Source: Octopus sinensis (taxonomy: Eukaryota). From it: a DNA stretch of 64,000 bases. Made by a program: the position numbers and the translations under genes. A model generated the notes under the pieces. The model was not told the origin of the DNA and searched no databases. It saw only the letters and a list, made by a program, of their open reading frames with translations. The stretch covers positions 19,344,001 to 19,408,000 of the forward strand of contig NC_043004.1 in assembly GCF_006345805.1 (NCBI RefSeq), in the 5' to 3' direction. Each line of letters starts with the position of its first letter. Position 1 is the stretch's first letter. Positions 52,606-64,000 of the stretch are shown here, piece after piece.

Positions 52606-54560
52606 CCACCACTAACTATAACAAAAAAGCATCAGCATCATCATCACCACCAATACCACTATCACCACCACCACACCACCACCACCACCCACCACCACCA
52701 CCACAACCATCACCACCACCACCACCATCACCATCACCACCACCATCACCACCACCATCACCACCACCACTAACTACAACAAACACATCAGTATCTTCAT
52801 CACCACCACCACCACCACCACCACCACCACCACCACCACCACCACCATCACCACCACCACCACCACCACCATCACCACCACCACCACCACCAACCACCAC
52901 CACCACCACCATCACCACCACCACACCACCACCACCACCACCACCACCACCACCACCACCACACCACACCATCACCATCACCACCACCACCACATCACCA
53001 CCACCACTAACTACAACAAACACATCAGCATCATCATCACCACCACACCACCACCACCACCACACCACACACCACCACCACCACACCACCACCACCACCA
53101 CCACACCATCACCACCACCATCACACCACCACTAACTACAACAAACACATCAGCATCATCATCACCACCACCACCACCACCACCACCACCACCACCACCA
53201 CCTCACCACCACCACCACCTCACCATCACCACCACCACTAATACAACAAACACATCAGTATCTTCATCACCACCACCACCCCACCACCACCACACCACCA
53301 CCACCACCACCACCACCACCACACCACCACCACCATCACCACCACCACCACACCATCACCACCACACCACCATCACCACCACCATCACCACCACCACTAA
53401 TACAACAAACACATCAGTATCTTCATCACCACCACACCACCACACCACCACCACACCACCACCACCACCACCATCACAACCACCACACCACCACCATCAC
53501 ACCACCATCACCACACACCACCACCACCATCACCATCACCACCACCATCACCACCACCCACCACACCACCACCCACCACCATCACCACCCCATCACCATC
53601 ACCACCACCATCACCACCACCCTAACTACAACAAACACATCAGCATCATCATCACCACCACACCACCACCACCACACCACCACACCACCACCACCACCTC
53701 ACCACCACCACCACCACCACCACCACCACCATCACACCACCACTAACTACAACAACACATCAGCATCATCATCACCACCACTACCACCACCAACACCAAC
53801 ACCACCACCACCATCACCACCACCATCACCATCACATCACCACCACCACCATACAACAAACACATCAGTATCTTCATCACCCCACCACCACCACCACCAC
53901 CACCACCACCACCACCACCACACACCACCACCACACCACCACACCACCATCACCACCACCACCACCACCACCTCACCACCACCACTAACTACAACAACAC
54001 ATCAGCATCATCATCACCCCACCACCACCACCACACACCACCATCACCACCACCACTAACTACAACAACACATCAGCATCATCATCACCACACCACCACC
54101 ACACCACCACCACCACCATCACCACACCACCACCACCACCATCACCACCACCACTAACTACAACAAACACATCAGCATCATCATCACCACCACCACCACC
54201 ACCACCACCACCACCACCACCATCACCACACCACCACCACCACCATCACCACCACCACTAACTACAACAAACACATCAGTATCTTCATCACCACCAATAC
54301 CACTATCACCTGGTGCTGGTGATAGTGGTATTGGTAGTGATGATGATGCTGATGTGTTTGTTGTTGTTAGTGGTGGTAGTGATGATGGTGGTAGTGGTGG
54401 TGGTGGTAGTGGTGTTTGTAGTGGTGGTGGTGGTGGTGGTGGTGGTGGTGATGATGATGATGATGATGTTTTTGTTATAGTTAGTGGCGGTGGTGATGAT
54501 GATGCTATGTTTGTTGTAGTTAGTGGTGGTGGTGGTGGTGGTGGTGGTGGTGGTGGCATG
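52606..54560. repeat. Compound minisatellite: variable (CCA/CCATCA)n tracts separated by a conserved ~33-bp module, with an inverted terminal segment
   Basis: 13 direct copies of ctaactacaacaaacacatcag(catcat|tatctt)catcacc at 52613-54310; three or four inverted copies at 54318-54525. Confidence 0.9.
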
Positions 54561-55610
54561 AGTGGTTAAAGGTGCAGAAGTGATTGATGATATTTGGCAT
54601 GTTTTTAATTATTTTTTTTATTATTTTTACTGTCATTGATTATGGTGTTGTTGATGGATCAATAATGATGAGGATAATGACATTGATCATGATGGGCATC
54701 GATTATAAGGATGGGATTGTCGTGAGTGCTGATAGGAATGGAGGTAATAGTAGATGGGTAGGGGTAGTGAGGATGACCATGATGATGACGATGATGATGA
54801 TGATGATGGGGGTAACGGTGTTGGTGGCGGCGGTGGTGGTGGTGAGAGAGATGCTGGTGCTACAGCTGATAATGATGATAGTAGTAGTGGTTGCAGTGGT
54901 GGAAGTGGTCGTGATTTGTGGTGATGGAGGTGGTGGTGGTGGTGGTGGTGGTGGTGGTGGTGGTGGTGGTGGTAGCGGCAGCAGGAGTGATGCTGATGCT
55001 GATGTTGATGATTCTGATAGTGGCGGCGGTGATAGTGAAGTGGTGACGTTAGAATTGAAGCTAACGGTTATGATGATGGTGATGATGATGATAATGAAGA
55101 GGAGAAGGAGAAGTATCATCGTCATCATCATAGCGGTGACAGTGGTGATGCTGGTAATGATAATGTATTCCATTAACATCTAAGATGCCTTTTAGGAATA
55201 TTTAATCCACCCACTAATTGACTAATATTTTACTTTTTCAGTCCTGGAAGCATTAATGACAAACTTGACCCCGGCAAGATTTGAACCCAGTGCAGGAAAA
55301 TCTGTAACTAAATACCTAAATACCACAGGCATTTTGTCCCCTTCTCTAATAATATCGGCAATCCAAACGATGATGATGATGATGATGATGATGACAACGA
55401 TAATGATAGTATTGATGACTATAATGGTGATGATGACGATGATGATGCCGATGATGATGATGTTGATGATGATGATGATGATGATAATGATGGAGTAAGA
55501 GTGTGGTAGTGGTGGTAGTAGTGATAGTGGCTGTAGTAGCGGTAGTGGTGGTAGGGCTGATGGTGGCTGTGATGGAAATGGTGGCGTGAAGCGGATGCTG
55601 GTAATAATAA
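54560..55610. repeat. Decayed (GAT)/(GGT) low-complexity tract
   Basis: Direct reading; source of the M/V/G-rich ORFs. Confidence 0.85.
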
Positions 55611-56079
55611 TAATACGGTCGAAGTATTTAATGACTACCTACTGGAATACACTGGATTTAATGATTACCATCCTATACAATATTATATAATATCCTACCA
55701 CACTACTGCAGCACACTATACTATATGGTGCATACAATATATGCTATACTACTACCAAACTACACTAAACTTCATGTTACCCTGTCATACTGTATGCTAC
55801 TATACTATACCCTACTATACTATGTCCTACTATTCTATGTGATATCCACACTGAATTAGGGAATAGCATGCGTCTGGCATTTCCGACGATACGACAGAAA
55901 TAGTTTTACTCAAGAAGATGGTAATCTTAGCCAAGACTTAGCCGTTTTGTAACAACCCACCTGAGATTGCCTATGATATAAGCTTCTTATTTTAAAGTGA
56001 TCTAAGTTACAACCTTCCACCGAAATTTCATGTTAATTTATGTTCCAAGAATCAAAATAATGGTTTCAAATTTTAGTTC

Positions 56080-56255
56080 AAGGTCAGCAATTTTAGGGGA
56101 GGAGATAAGTCGCTAACATTGACTGGTATTGTTTTATTGACTCCCGAAAAGATGAAAGGCAAAGTCGACCCCGGTGGAATTTGAACTCAGAATGTAAAGG
56201 TGGACGAAATGCTGCTAAACATTTTGCGTGCTAACGTGTCTCCCAGCTCGCCACT
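56080..56255 (-). mobile_element. SINE family B copy; further minus copies at ~57480-57665, 58255-58465 and 58700-58890, and a plus copy at 59140-59340
   Basis: Each contains the aaggcaaagtcgac...ggaatttgaactcagaa core or its reverse complement. Confidence 0.85.
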
Positions 56256-56878
56256 TTAAACTAGCTTAATAATGGCAACATTTTGCCGTTGTTTTTTTTT
56301 TTTTTAATAAATTCTACATTATTTTCAAAATTAATTCAAACAAAGGCAGTGTATTTCAACAGAAAAGTGGTAATAAAAGAGTAACCACTTCGAATATTTC
56401 TCAAACATATCAGAAGTCATCTTTCACCCGGATCTCCTTGAGTCAAAGTACAAAAAGACCAGTGTGTCTGAGAAAGACAGTCAAATGGAGGGGTTACCAA
56501 AAGCATAATTAGGTCCCCATTCCGTTTGTAGGTTTGATGAATGGTAGTTGACTTCTTGCTGAGAGTTTATCAATCCTTATAAATAAGTGTATTATTTTGT
56601 CCCATTATGCTGTCTATCTTTCCCCACTCAGCAGGATGATATCATAGAATGGTAATCAGTCACCGATAAGTTGACCATAAAACAGACGGCACTGGTTAAT
56701 AGGATTATCATCAGTAGAACATGTTTGATCTGGCTCTGCTACACCACACCATACTATATACTAACATATCGCATATCATTATACATTATACACTTAACGA
56801 TAGCACTCAATACTTTAATAATGATAATAATAATCGATCATACCGTAACAGTCACAAAATATACAAGAATAATAAATC

Positions 56879-57290
56879 GCAGGAGTGGCTGTGTGGTAAG
56901 TAGCTCGCTTACCAACCACATGGTTCCGGGTTCTGTCCCACTGCGTGGCACCTTGGGCAAGTGTCTTCTACTATGGCCTCGGGCCGACCAAAGCCTTGTA
57001 AGTGGATTTGGTAGACGGAAACCGAAAGAAGCCCGTCGTATATATGTATATATGTATGTGTATGTGTGTGTATGTGTTTGTGTGTCTGTGTTTGTCCGCC
57101 CAACATCGCTTGACAACCGATGGTGGTGAATTTATATACCCGTAACTTAGCGGTTCGGCAAAAGAGACCGATAGAATAAGTACTAGGGTTACAAAGAATA
57201 AGTCCTGGGGTCGATTTGCTCGACTAAAAGGCGGTGCTCTAGCATGGCCGCAGTCAAATGACTGAAACAAGTAAAAGAGTAAAAGAGTAC
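56879..57290 (+). mobile_element. SINE family A, full dimeric copy
   Basis: Near-identical to 2740 and 24203. Confidence 0.92.
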
Positions 57291-58473
57291 TGATAACAAA
57301 ATTGCATGTCATGCACTGAACTGTTACAAGAAAATGAGAAATGTAACTATTCTAAAAATGTAGCCTTATGTAGAGAATATTTCAGGGAAGTTTTATAATC
57401 ATCCAACTGGGAAATGTGATTGCTTATAACTGATTATATTCAATTTATTCTTTTATTCTTTTTCATAAAAATTAATTCAAAATTTCGGGGTGGGGGTTAA
57501 GTCGAATACATTGATCCTAATGTTCAACTGGTACTTATTCCATTGCCTCCGAAAGGAAGAAAAGCAAAGTAACCTCGGTAGAATTGAAACTCAGAATGCA
57601 AGGCCGGACAAAATGCTGCAAGGCATTTTGCCCGGCGTGTTAACGATTCTTCCAGCTCGCTGCGTTATTTGTTAATAAATACTGAAATCTAGAAACTGTT
57701 CGAACCATTATCATTCCACTACACACGCATGCGCGCGCTGCGTAAAATGCGAATATAAGAATATAAATGCTTGAATATCTCAATTTTTTTTTAAATAGAA
57801 ATATTTAGGAAAAGGACTCAAAGAAATATAAAAGTGAATATCATTGAAAATTGTGTAGCTTCTCAAGAAGGAAATATGATTGCTTACGTATATTTATGAT
57901 CATGCATCTGTTAATGAATATTGAAATTATAAAACTTTTCAAATGTATATATATAAAGTGGAACATCATTTCAATTTATATATATGCAGATATAGACATT
58001 TCTTTTTAAATTGGTGAATGTAATGTTAATATAAGAATATAAATATATGAATAGCTCCATAAACATTTTAAAATAAAATATTTAACAACACTGGAACATT
58101 GAAAGATTTCTTTTAAAAGCAAGCAATAAGTTTTGGCGAATTCCGCTTCAGGTTAAGAGAGAAACAAAAATAGAATTTTATTACCTTTATAACTATCGTA
58201 GATTGCGATAATTTGACTTCTCCTTCCTCTTCTCTTTATCAATAATGATTTCAAATTTTGGCCCAAGGCTAGCAATTCCAGGGGAAGAGCTATGTCGAAT
58301 ACATCGATCTTAACGCTCAACAGGTACTTTTTTTATCGAACCCGAAATGATGAAATGCAAAGTAGATCTCGGCGGAATTTGAACTCAGAACATACAGACG
58401 AACGAAATGCCGCTAAGCATTTTGCCCGGTTTGTTAACGATTCTGCTATCTCACCACCGCCTTTATTATTATT

Positions 58474-58538
<65 letters not shown>

Positions 58539-60469
58539 CCTTTCTACTATATGCACGAGGCCAACAATTTCAAAATGACAGTTTAGTCCATACTAGTACT
58601 CCGAAAAGAGAAAAAATGAAGTTGACCCCGAATTTATTATTTTTTTCCGACGCCCTTTCTATTCTACCGACCGAGGTCAACTTTTCTAATGAGCAGTTAT
58701 ATGTATGTAAGACATTATTTTCTACTCTAGGTGCAGTCGATTAGACCGACCCCAGTACGCAACTGATGCCTAATTTATCGACCTCGAAAGGTTAAAGTCG
58801 ACCTCGGCGGAATTTGAACTCAGAATGTAAAGACAGGCGAAAAACCAGTAAGCATTTCGCCCGGCGTGCTAACGTTTCTGTCAACTCGCCGCCTTTATTA
58901 TCTAAAAGAAATTAATTAGGATAATTTGGTTCTTTACGTTTTGAGTTCAAAAGCCATCGTGGCCAACTTTGCTTTCATCTCTCCGAGTTCGATTAAATAG
59001 ATGCACCGGACAAATATTTTCTCGGGTCACTTCTTCCCAAATTTCCAACTTCGTGCCTTTGCTGGCATTATTATTAGCTTTTGCTGTGGTTCTCTTTGCT
59101 CTCAGTATTTTTGACCTTCATTGTGAGAAGCCATGACTGAAGTGGCGAGCTGGCAGAATCGTCAGCACGCCGGGTAGAATGCTTTTTCGGCATTTTGTCC
59201 GTCCTTACATTCTGAGTTCAAATTCCGCCTTAGTCGATTTTGCCTTTCATCCTTTCGTGCCAGTGAAACACTGGGATTGATGTAATCCACTCGTCCCCTC
59301 CCTCCACCACCCATATTGCAGGCCTTGTGCCTTTAGTAGAAAGGATTGTGTGAAGAGATGTGGGAAAATATTTTTTATGTAGACCATTTACATAATAAAA
59401 ATAATTCCTTGTCTTTCTTGTTGCCATTTGGAGGTGGGGGAAGCTCTTGATTGCTCAACATTCACAGTTGCTCAATCAAAAAAAACGGAAGAAATAAAAA
59501 AGACTATAATCAGAGAGAAAAAATGACAAATTCAATTTCTTGCAGAAAGTATTCGTATTTCACTACAACAATATTTCTGGCAGAAAATAAAATAATTTCG
59601 AACAATTTAAACGGGAGTCTGATGGATTTCCTAGATGACCTACAAGATGAGGATGGAATTGAAAAAGTACTATTTACTAAGAAATGAAACCAGATAATAA
59701 AGAACACCCGAAAGACTGATGGCGAAAACCGTAGCAGAAGCTTATTGGACCTATCGGGAGATAGCGACCCTTTTCCCACCCTCTCCGCCACTCGAACTGT
59801 TCGGAACAATTTGAATTCTATAACGAGTACATGAAACTGAAAAGGTGGCCAGAGATGCGAGTATGTAGTACTGTTATTTACTGTGTGTAGTGTAAGTTCT
59901 AGGATTTGGATTTGTGTTCATTATTTTTCAATCATTCATAAGGCACTTGTTTTAAGGGAGATAATTTCAATTTTCAGTCTCCACATTCTGGTTCTCTCTC
60001 CGTCTCAAACATTAAAAAAAAAAAATGGGGGCGGAGTCTTTTACAACTATTATTTCGATCAATACACCTTTTTCCCTAAAAATCTTTACCAACAATATCC
60101 TGTCGTTTTTTCTTGATTTCCGTGTCTGTTTGGATCGACATATGTAGTTACATTGTTGCTCTCTGAGACTATTTCTGAAGTATGCTTAAATTATTCCTTT
60201 CCTATCGTTATTTCGCAATGCTGGCATAATTTCCCAGGGTGTGAAGGTTCTAAATCACTTTCTGGCAATGGAGTCGATTTCTACTATTACTCTGATTCTC
60301 CTGTAGCCTTGCATTATTTTTTTCTAATTTCTTCCTTCCTTTCTATGTATAGTCGTGTATCAGCTTCATCTACTCCGATGGTGTTCCAACCTAATTCTCG
60401 AATTTCACAGTCTGGTTCTAATTTAATGTTTTCAGTTTTAGTTAATTTTCTTTGAGGGTGGTGGGAGAA

Positions 60470-60476
60470 CCGGTGA

Positions 60477-60529
<53 letters not shown>

Positions 60530-60600
60530 CTGATGATGAAGATTTATTCTGGTGGTGGTGGTGGTGGTGGTGGTGGTGGATGTTGTGGAGGAGGAGGAGA
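60470..60600. repeat. Compound (CTG)/(GAT)/(GGT)/(GAG) triplet repeat
   Basis: Direct reading of the sequence. Confidence 0.9.
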
Positions 60601-63600
60601 AAGAATTTGGTAAGGAGTAAATTTGGCACCTTTTCAAATGTTCTCTGAACTCCAGTAAAAAGAAATGGTTAACTGATGCTGAAATTAGCCAAATTAGAAC
60701 ATAAATATCCTTGAAACCCAGAAGCGTTCCATTCACAAACATTTCCTTTTGAAACAATTGTATTAAACTCTTTAATAGTATTATCTGTCCAGTCTGTCGT
60801 CCCTTTTTCTGCGATGGAAGGAACTATTTTGAGTGAAGTTTAGCAGCTATTTCTAGCAGGACGAGCGACACCCAAAGGTTTCATCATCGTATTAAGAAAA
60901 ACATTGCTTAGTGTTTTTGATTATGTTTTCAAATAAACAGATTCTCGAGCAAAATCTCTGTTTCTTTTCAGAATAAGCTTAGGATTACGTAGAGTGAAGA
61001 GAGGAACTTGTAACGAAGAGGTGAATGATAGGCAGATAATTTTAGTTGCATATCAATTCTAGTTTGTAATAATTCATTCGGTAGCATTAGGAGATCGCCA
61101 TCATTATCGTTAATATCAACTTCCTTAGCGCCGGCGCTATATTATCACTATTGTTATAATTGCAAACATTATCACCGTGCTGTCGTCGTCATCATCATCA
61201 TCATCATCATCAAAGGGTTTCTTTTCACACACTGTAGGATTTGTCTTCATTTAATCACATTATCCTCCACTAGCATATGGATTACAACTGGGAAGCATAT
61301 TGAAATGAATTAGCTCAAGCAGGAGCTTAATTAACGAGTGCAAACTCTGCTTACTGACAATTTACCACCTATCCAAGACACTTATACATTATTCTTTAAC
61401 TTGTATACGAGATGATGGGCACTTTATTCTTATTTTAATGTCATAAGTTCTCTGTCTTCACAGTCCTTATTCATTTAACTGTTTTATATCCTGGGTATGA
61501 CTTTGGCCCAAGGCTAGCAATTCCAGGATAATTCTATGGTTTTTGAGGAGCGTGGAACCACATCTTATCCACTATTGTTCCCAGGTCTACTCAGACCCGG
61601 AGTGGTACCACGAGTTAGGGACCCAGCTTTGTGTTAAACCATGGTACGTTGAAATCATACGATGCGGCACAGTGAATGTGAACTATTTCGACAAGCTGAG
61701 CGCAAAAACAAACAATAAACTGTCAACGGCCAAACTCAACCACTTCAGTTAACGAACTACTTCTGTCATCTGTAGCAGTGATGTGCGCAGATGAGATGGA
61801 GTGGGGACAATGAGCAATATTGACTGCAGTTTCAACTTTGAGAAAAAATATCTTATGTTATATAAATTTTCACTGACTTACAAAATCTATATTAGCTAAG
61901 CAAATAACCTTCTTTAAATACGTTAAAGACAGTATAACATATTCTGAACATTATTTCAGAAAATTATCTCCGTTTTCTTTGAATGCATAAAGGTAGATTT
62001 AATTAGGACAAAATGAGTATGATAAAATAAAATAAATTTCCTTTCTTCACTTTTCCAGAATAACATTCCAAAAAAGACTCATATACATCAATATCCATCC
62101 TTAGACATAAGAAAAATCAGAAATGCAACAAGAATTTTAATTATCGAGCTCAGATGAAAGAGGGTCATGAAAAACTGGCACGAGATATGAAACTAAAGAA
62201 ACTCGACTAAATCTAAAAAGCTAAATCTAAAATATTCTCTATAGCTTCTTCACGTTCTTTTGGAGTGACCCTTTTTTTGATATATTTACGCACCATACAG
62301 TTAACAGAAGGAATTATTTGAAATTAATCATTGCTCATTTTGCTCTGCCTAAGACATTTTTTTTTATTTTCAAAATTGAAAATTATCAAATTGAGCATTT
62401 GTGTGGAGAAAAACTGACTTGGAAACCAACAGAAAAAAAGAATTTAGATTGTTAAAGACCAAAAATTATCCAGATATTTTATTAGCAACCACAATTACAA
62501 TCGGATCAAAGTTGAAAAATTTGGGGTTGGGGGAATGGTACCTGTCACTTAACTATGTTCCAAACAACGATAACAACTATGCCGACCAAATTTTTACTGC
62601 CAAAGATGATGCAACCGTACAAAATGATGATGCAAAACTTGCAATGTAATCGCTTAAAACAGGTTATGAGAAAATAACAAGAAATCAGAAATTATTTATT
62701 TTGCCCGCTTGCCCATTTCCCCACTCTCTATTTCAATGTGACTGACACCCAAGCCAGACGTTCATACCTCATAACTCGATCGGGACGTATGGCGTGGAAG
62801 AGTTGCATTGGTTTGGGCAAGTCGCCTGACCGGTTGATGATGATAACGTACGTGTGACACAGTAAGTGGAAAGTATTTAGTACAAAGCGAAGTTCTTTCG
62901 TGTGAAGAATACAATCACAGTACAAAAGCACCATGAAACCTGAAGATACCAGACGTACAATCATTTCTTTGTTTAAAATTATTAAGAACAGAAGACTGAG
63001 TAGAATGAATAGATTTTAATTAAATGCTGTGAATTCATTCGAACCCTCATTTGAAACCGAACACACAATATTATTGTTTACAAATGTATGTAGGAACCCC
63101 ATTTAAACATAAATACATGAAAACATTGTTGTTCATTAATATATTCATATATTTATCGCTCGATATTGAGCTAATTTAGATTTGAGTTGAAATCATACTA
63201 CAATCAAACCCTAATTTGTAATTTATTTCTCTGGTCAATAAAATGACTTACGTGCTGGTGCTGACCTAACCGACCATATGTCACCTCTACAAATATTTAT
63301 ATCCTTGGGGCAATATAAGTAATAAAACGAAACCGATTTATTAACAATAAATTAATGATCAAAATCAGTGATAAATATAACTTCAATCACCTGCATCTAA
63401 TTTTTAAATATTTTTATTGCAGTCATCTGCTCTAAGCATTCCAAACGATTAAGTTACTACAAGGATTTCCTTAACTATAGATGTAAAAGCCACATCTTTT
63501 TTTGAAGTTGATCCCTGCATACGAATATTGCTCCCAGAAGGCTCAGATAAAAGTAACAATCAACAAAAAAAAAAAACAAGCAAGAACTGCACTTGAAATA

Positions 63601-63644
63601 CAAGTTTTAAAATAAATACAATAGATTTAATTATATTCCTCTCT

Positions 63645-64000
63645 ACTCTGGCCACAAGGCTCGAAATTTTGGGGAGGGTGCCAGTCAATTAGATCGACTC
63701 CAGCACGCAACTGGTACTTGATTTATCGAGTCCGAAAGGATGAAAGGCAAAGTGAACCTCGGCGGAATTTGAACTCAGAACATAAAGACAGACGAAATAT
63801 CTATTTCTTTACTACCCACAAGGGGCTAAACACAGAGAGGACAAACAAGGACAGACAAACGGATTAAGTCGATTATACCGACCCCAGTGCGTAACTGGTA
63901 CTAATTTAATCGACCCGAAAGGATGACAGGCAAAGTCAACCTCGGCGGAATTTGAACTCAGAACGTAAAACCGCTAAGCATTTCGCACGGCGTGCCAACG
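63645..64000 (-). mobile_element. SINE-B tandem (two abutting units), truncated by the window end
   Basis: Junction cagacgaaatatctatttctttac at ~63790, equivalent to the one at ~40400. Confidence 0.9.

Noticed and set aside
52555-52773. Poly-His ORF resembling cephalopod histidine-rich beak proteins
   Set aside because: The His frame is stopped by TAA in nearly every module and lacks Gly-His-Gly-type motifs.
52606-54310. CRISPR-like repeat-spacer appearance
   Set aside because: Spacers are low-complexity (CCA)n of very unequal length, the context is eukaryotic and there are no cas genes.
59601-59630. NGSLMDFL, resembling a tyrosine-kinase hinge
   Set aside because: No upstream E-Y/F-M and no other kinase motifs nearby.

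Overview
AT-rich, repeat-saturated eukaryotic DNA. The SINE families and the abundance of (TA)n, (GT)n and (GATA)n tracts look like an octopus or other coleoid cephalopod genome; this is recognition from memory, not a database result. I found no complete protein-coding gene, rRNA, true tRNA, CRISPR array or prokaryotic feature, so the window reads as intronic or intergenic. Nearly all ORFs in the supplied track are microsatellite translations. Recognisable content: three tRNA-headed SINE families (one dimeric with an internal microsatellite, one forming tandem multimers); decayed Tc1/mariner, Chapaev3 (CMC), L1/Tx1-type, R4/Dong and Penelope-like (PLE) elements; and several MITE-like hairpins. 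The most notable signals are: (i) nine type-I hammerhead-ribozyme-like motifs (CUGANGA...GAAAC...GUH), intact to decayed, eight on the minus strand; (ii) a 656-bp fold-back palindrome at 13177-13832 with near-identical outer arms and a diverged head-to-head hammerhead pair at its apex; (iii) a ~2-kb (CCA)n array punctuated by 13 copies of a conserved ~33-bp module and ending in an inversion hinge; (iv) SINE multimers sharing one junction at three loci. All structures and alignments were read by eye, and coordinates of decayed elements are approximate.
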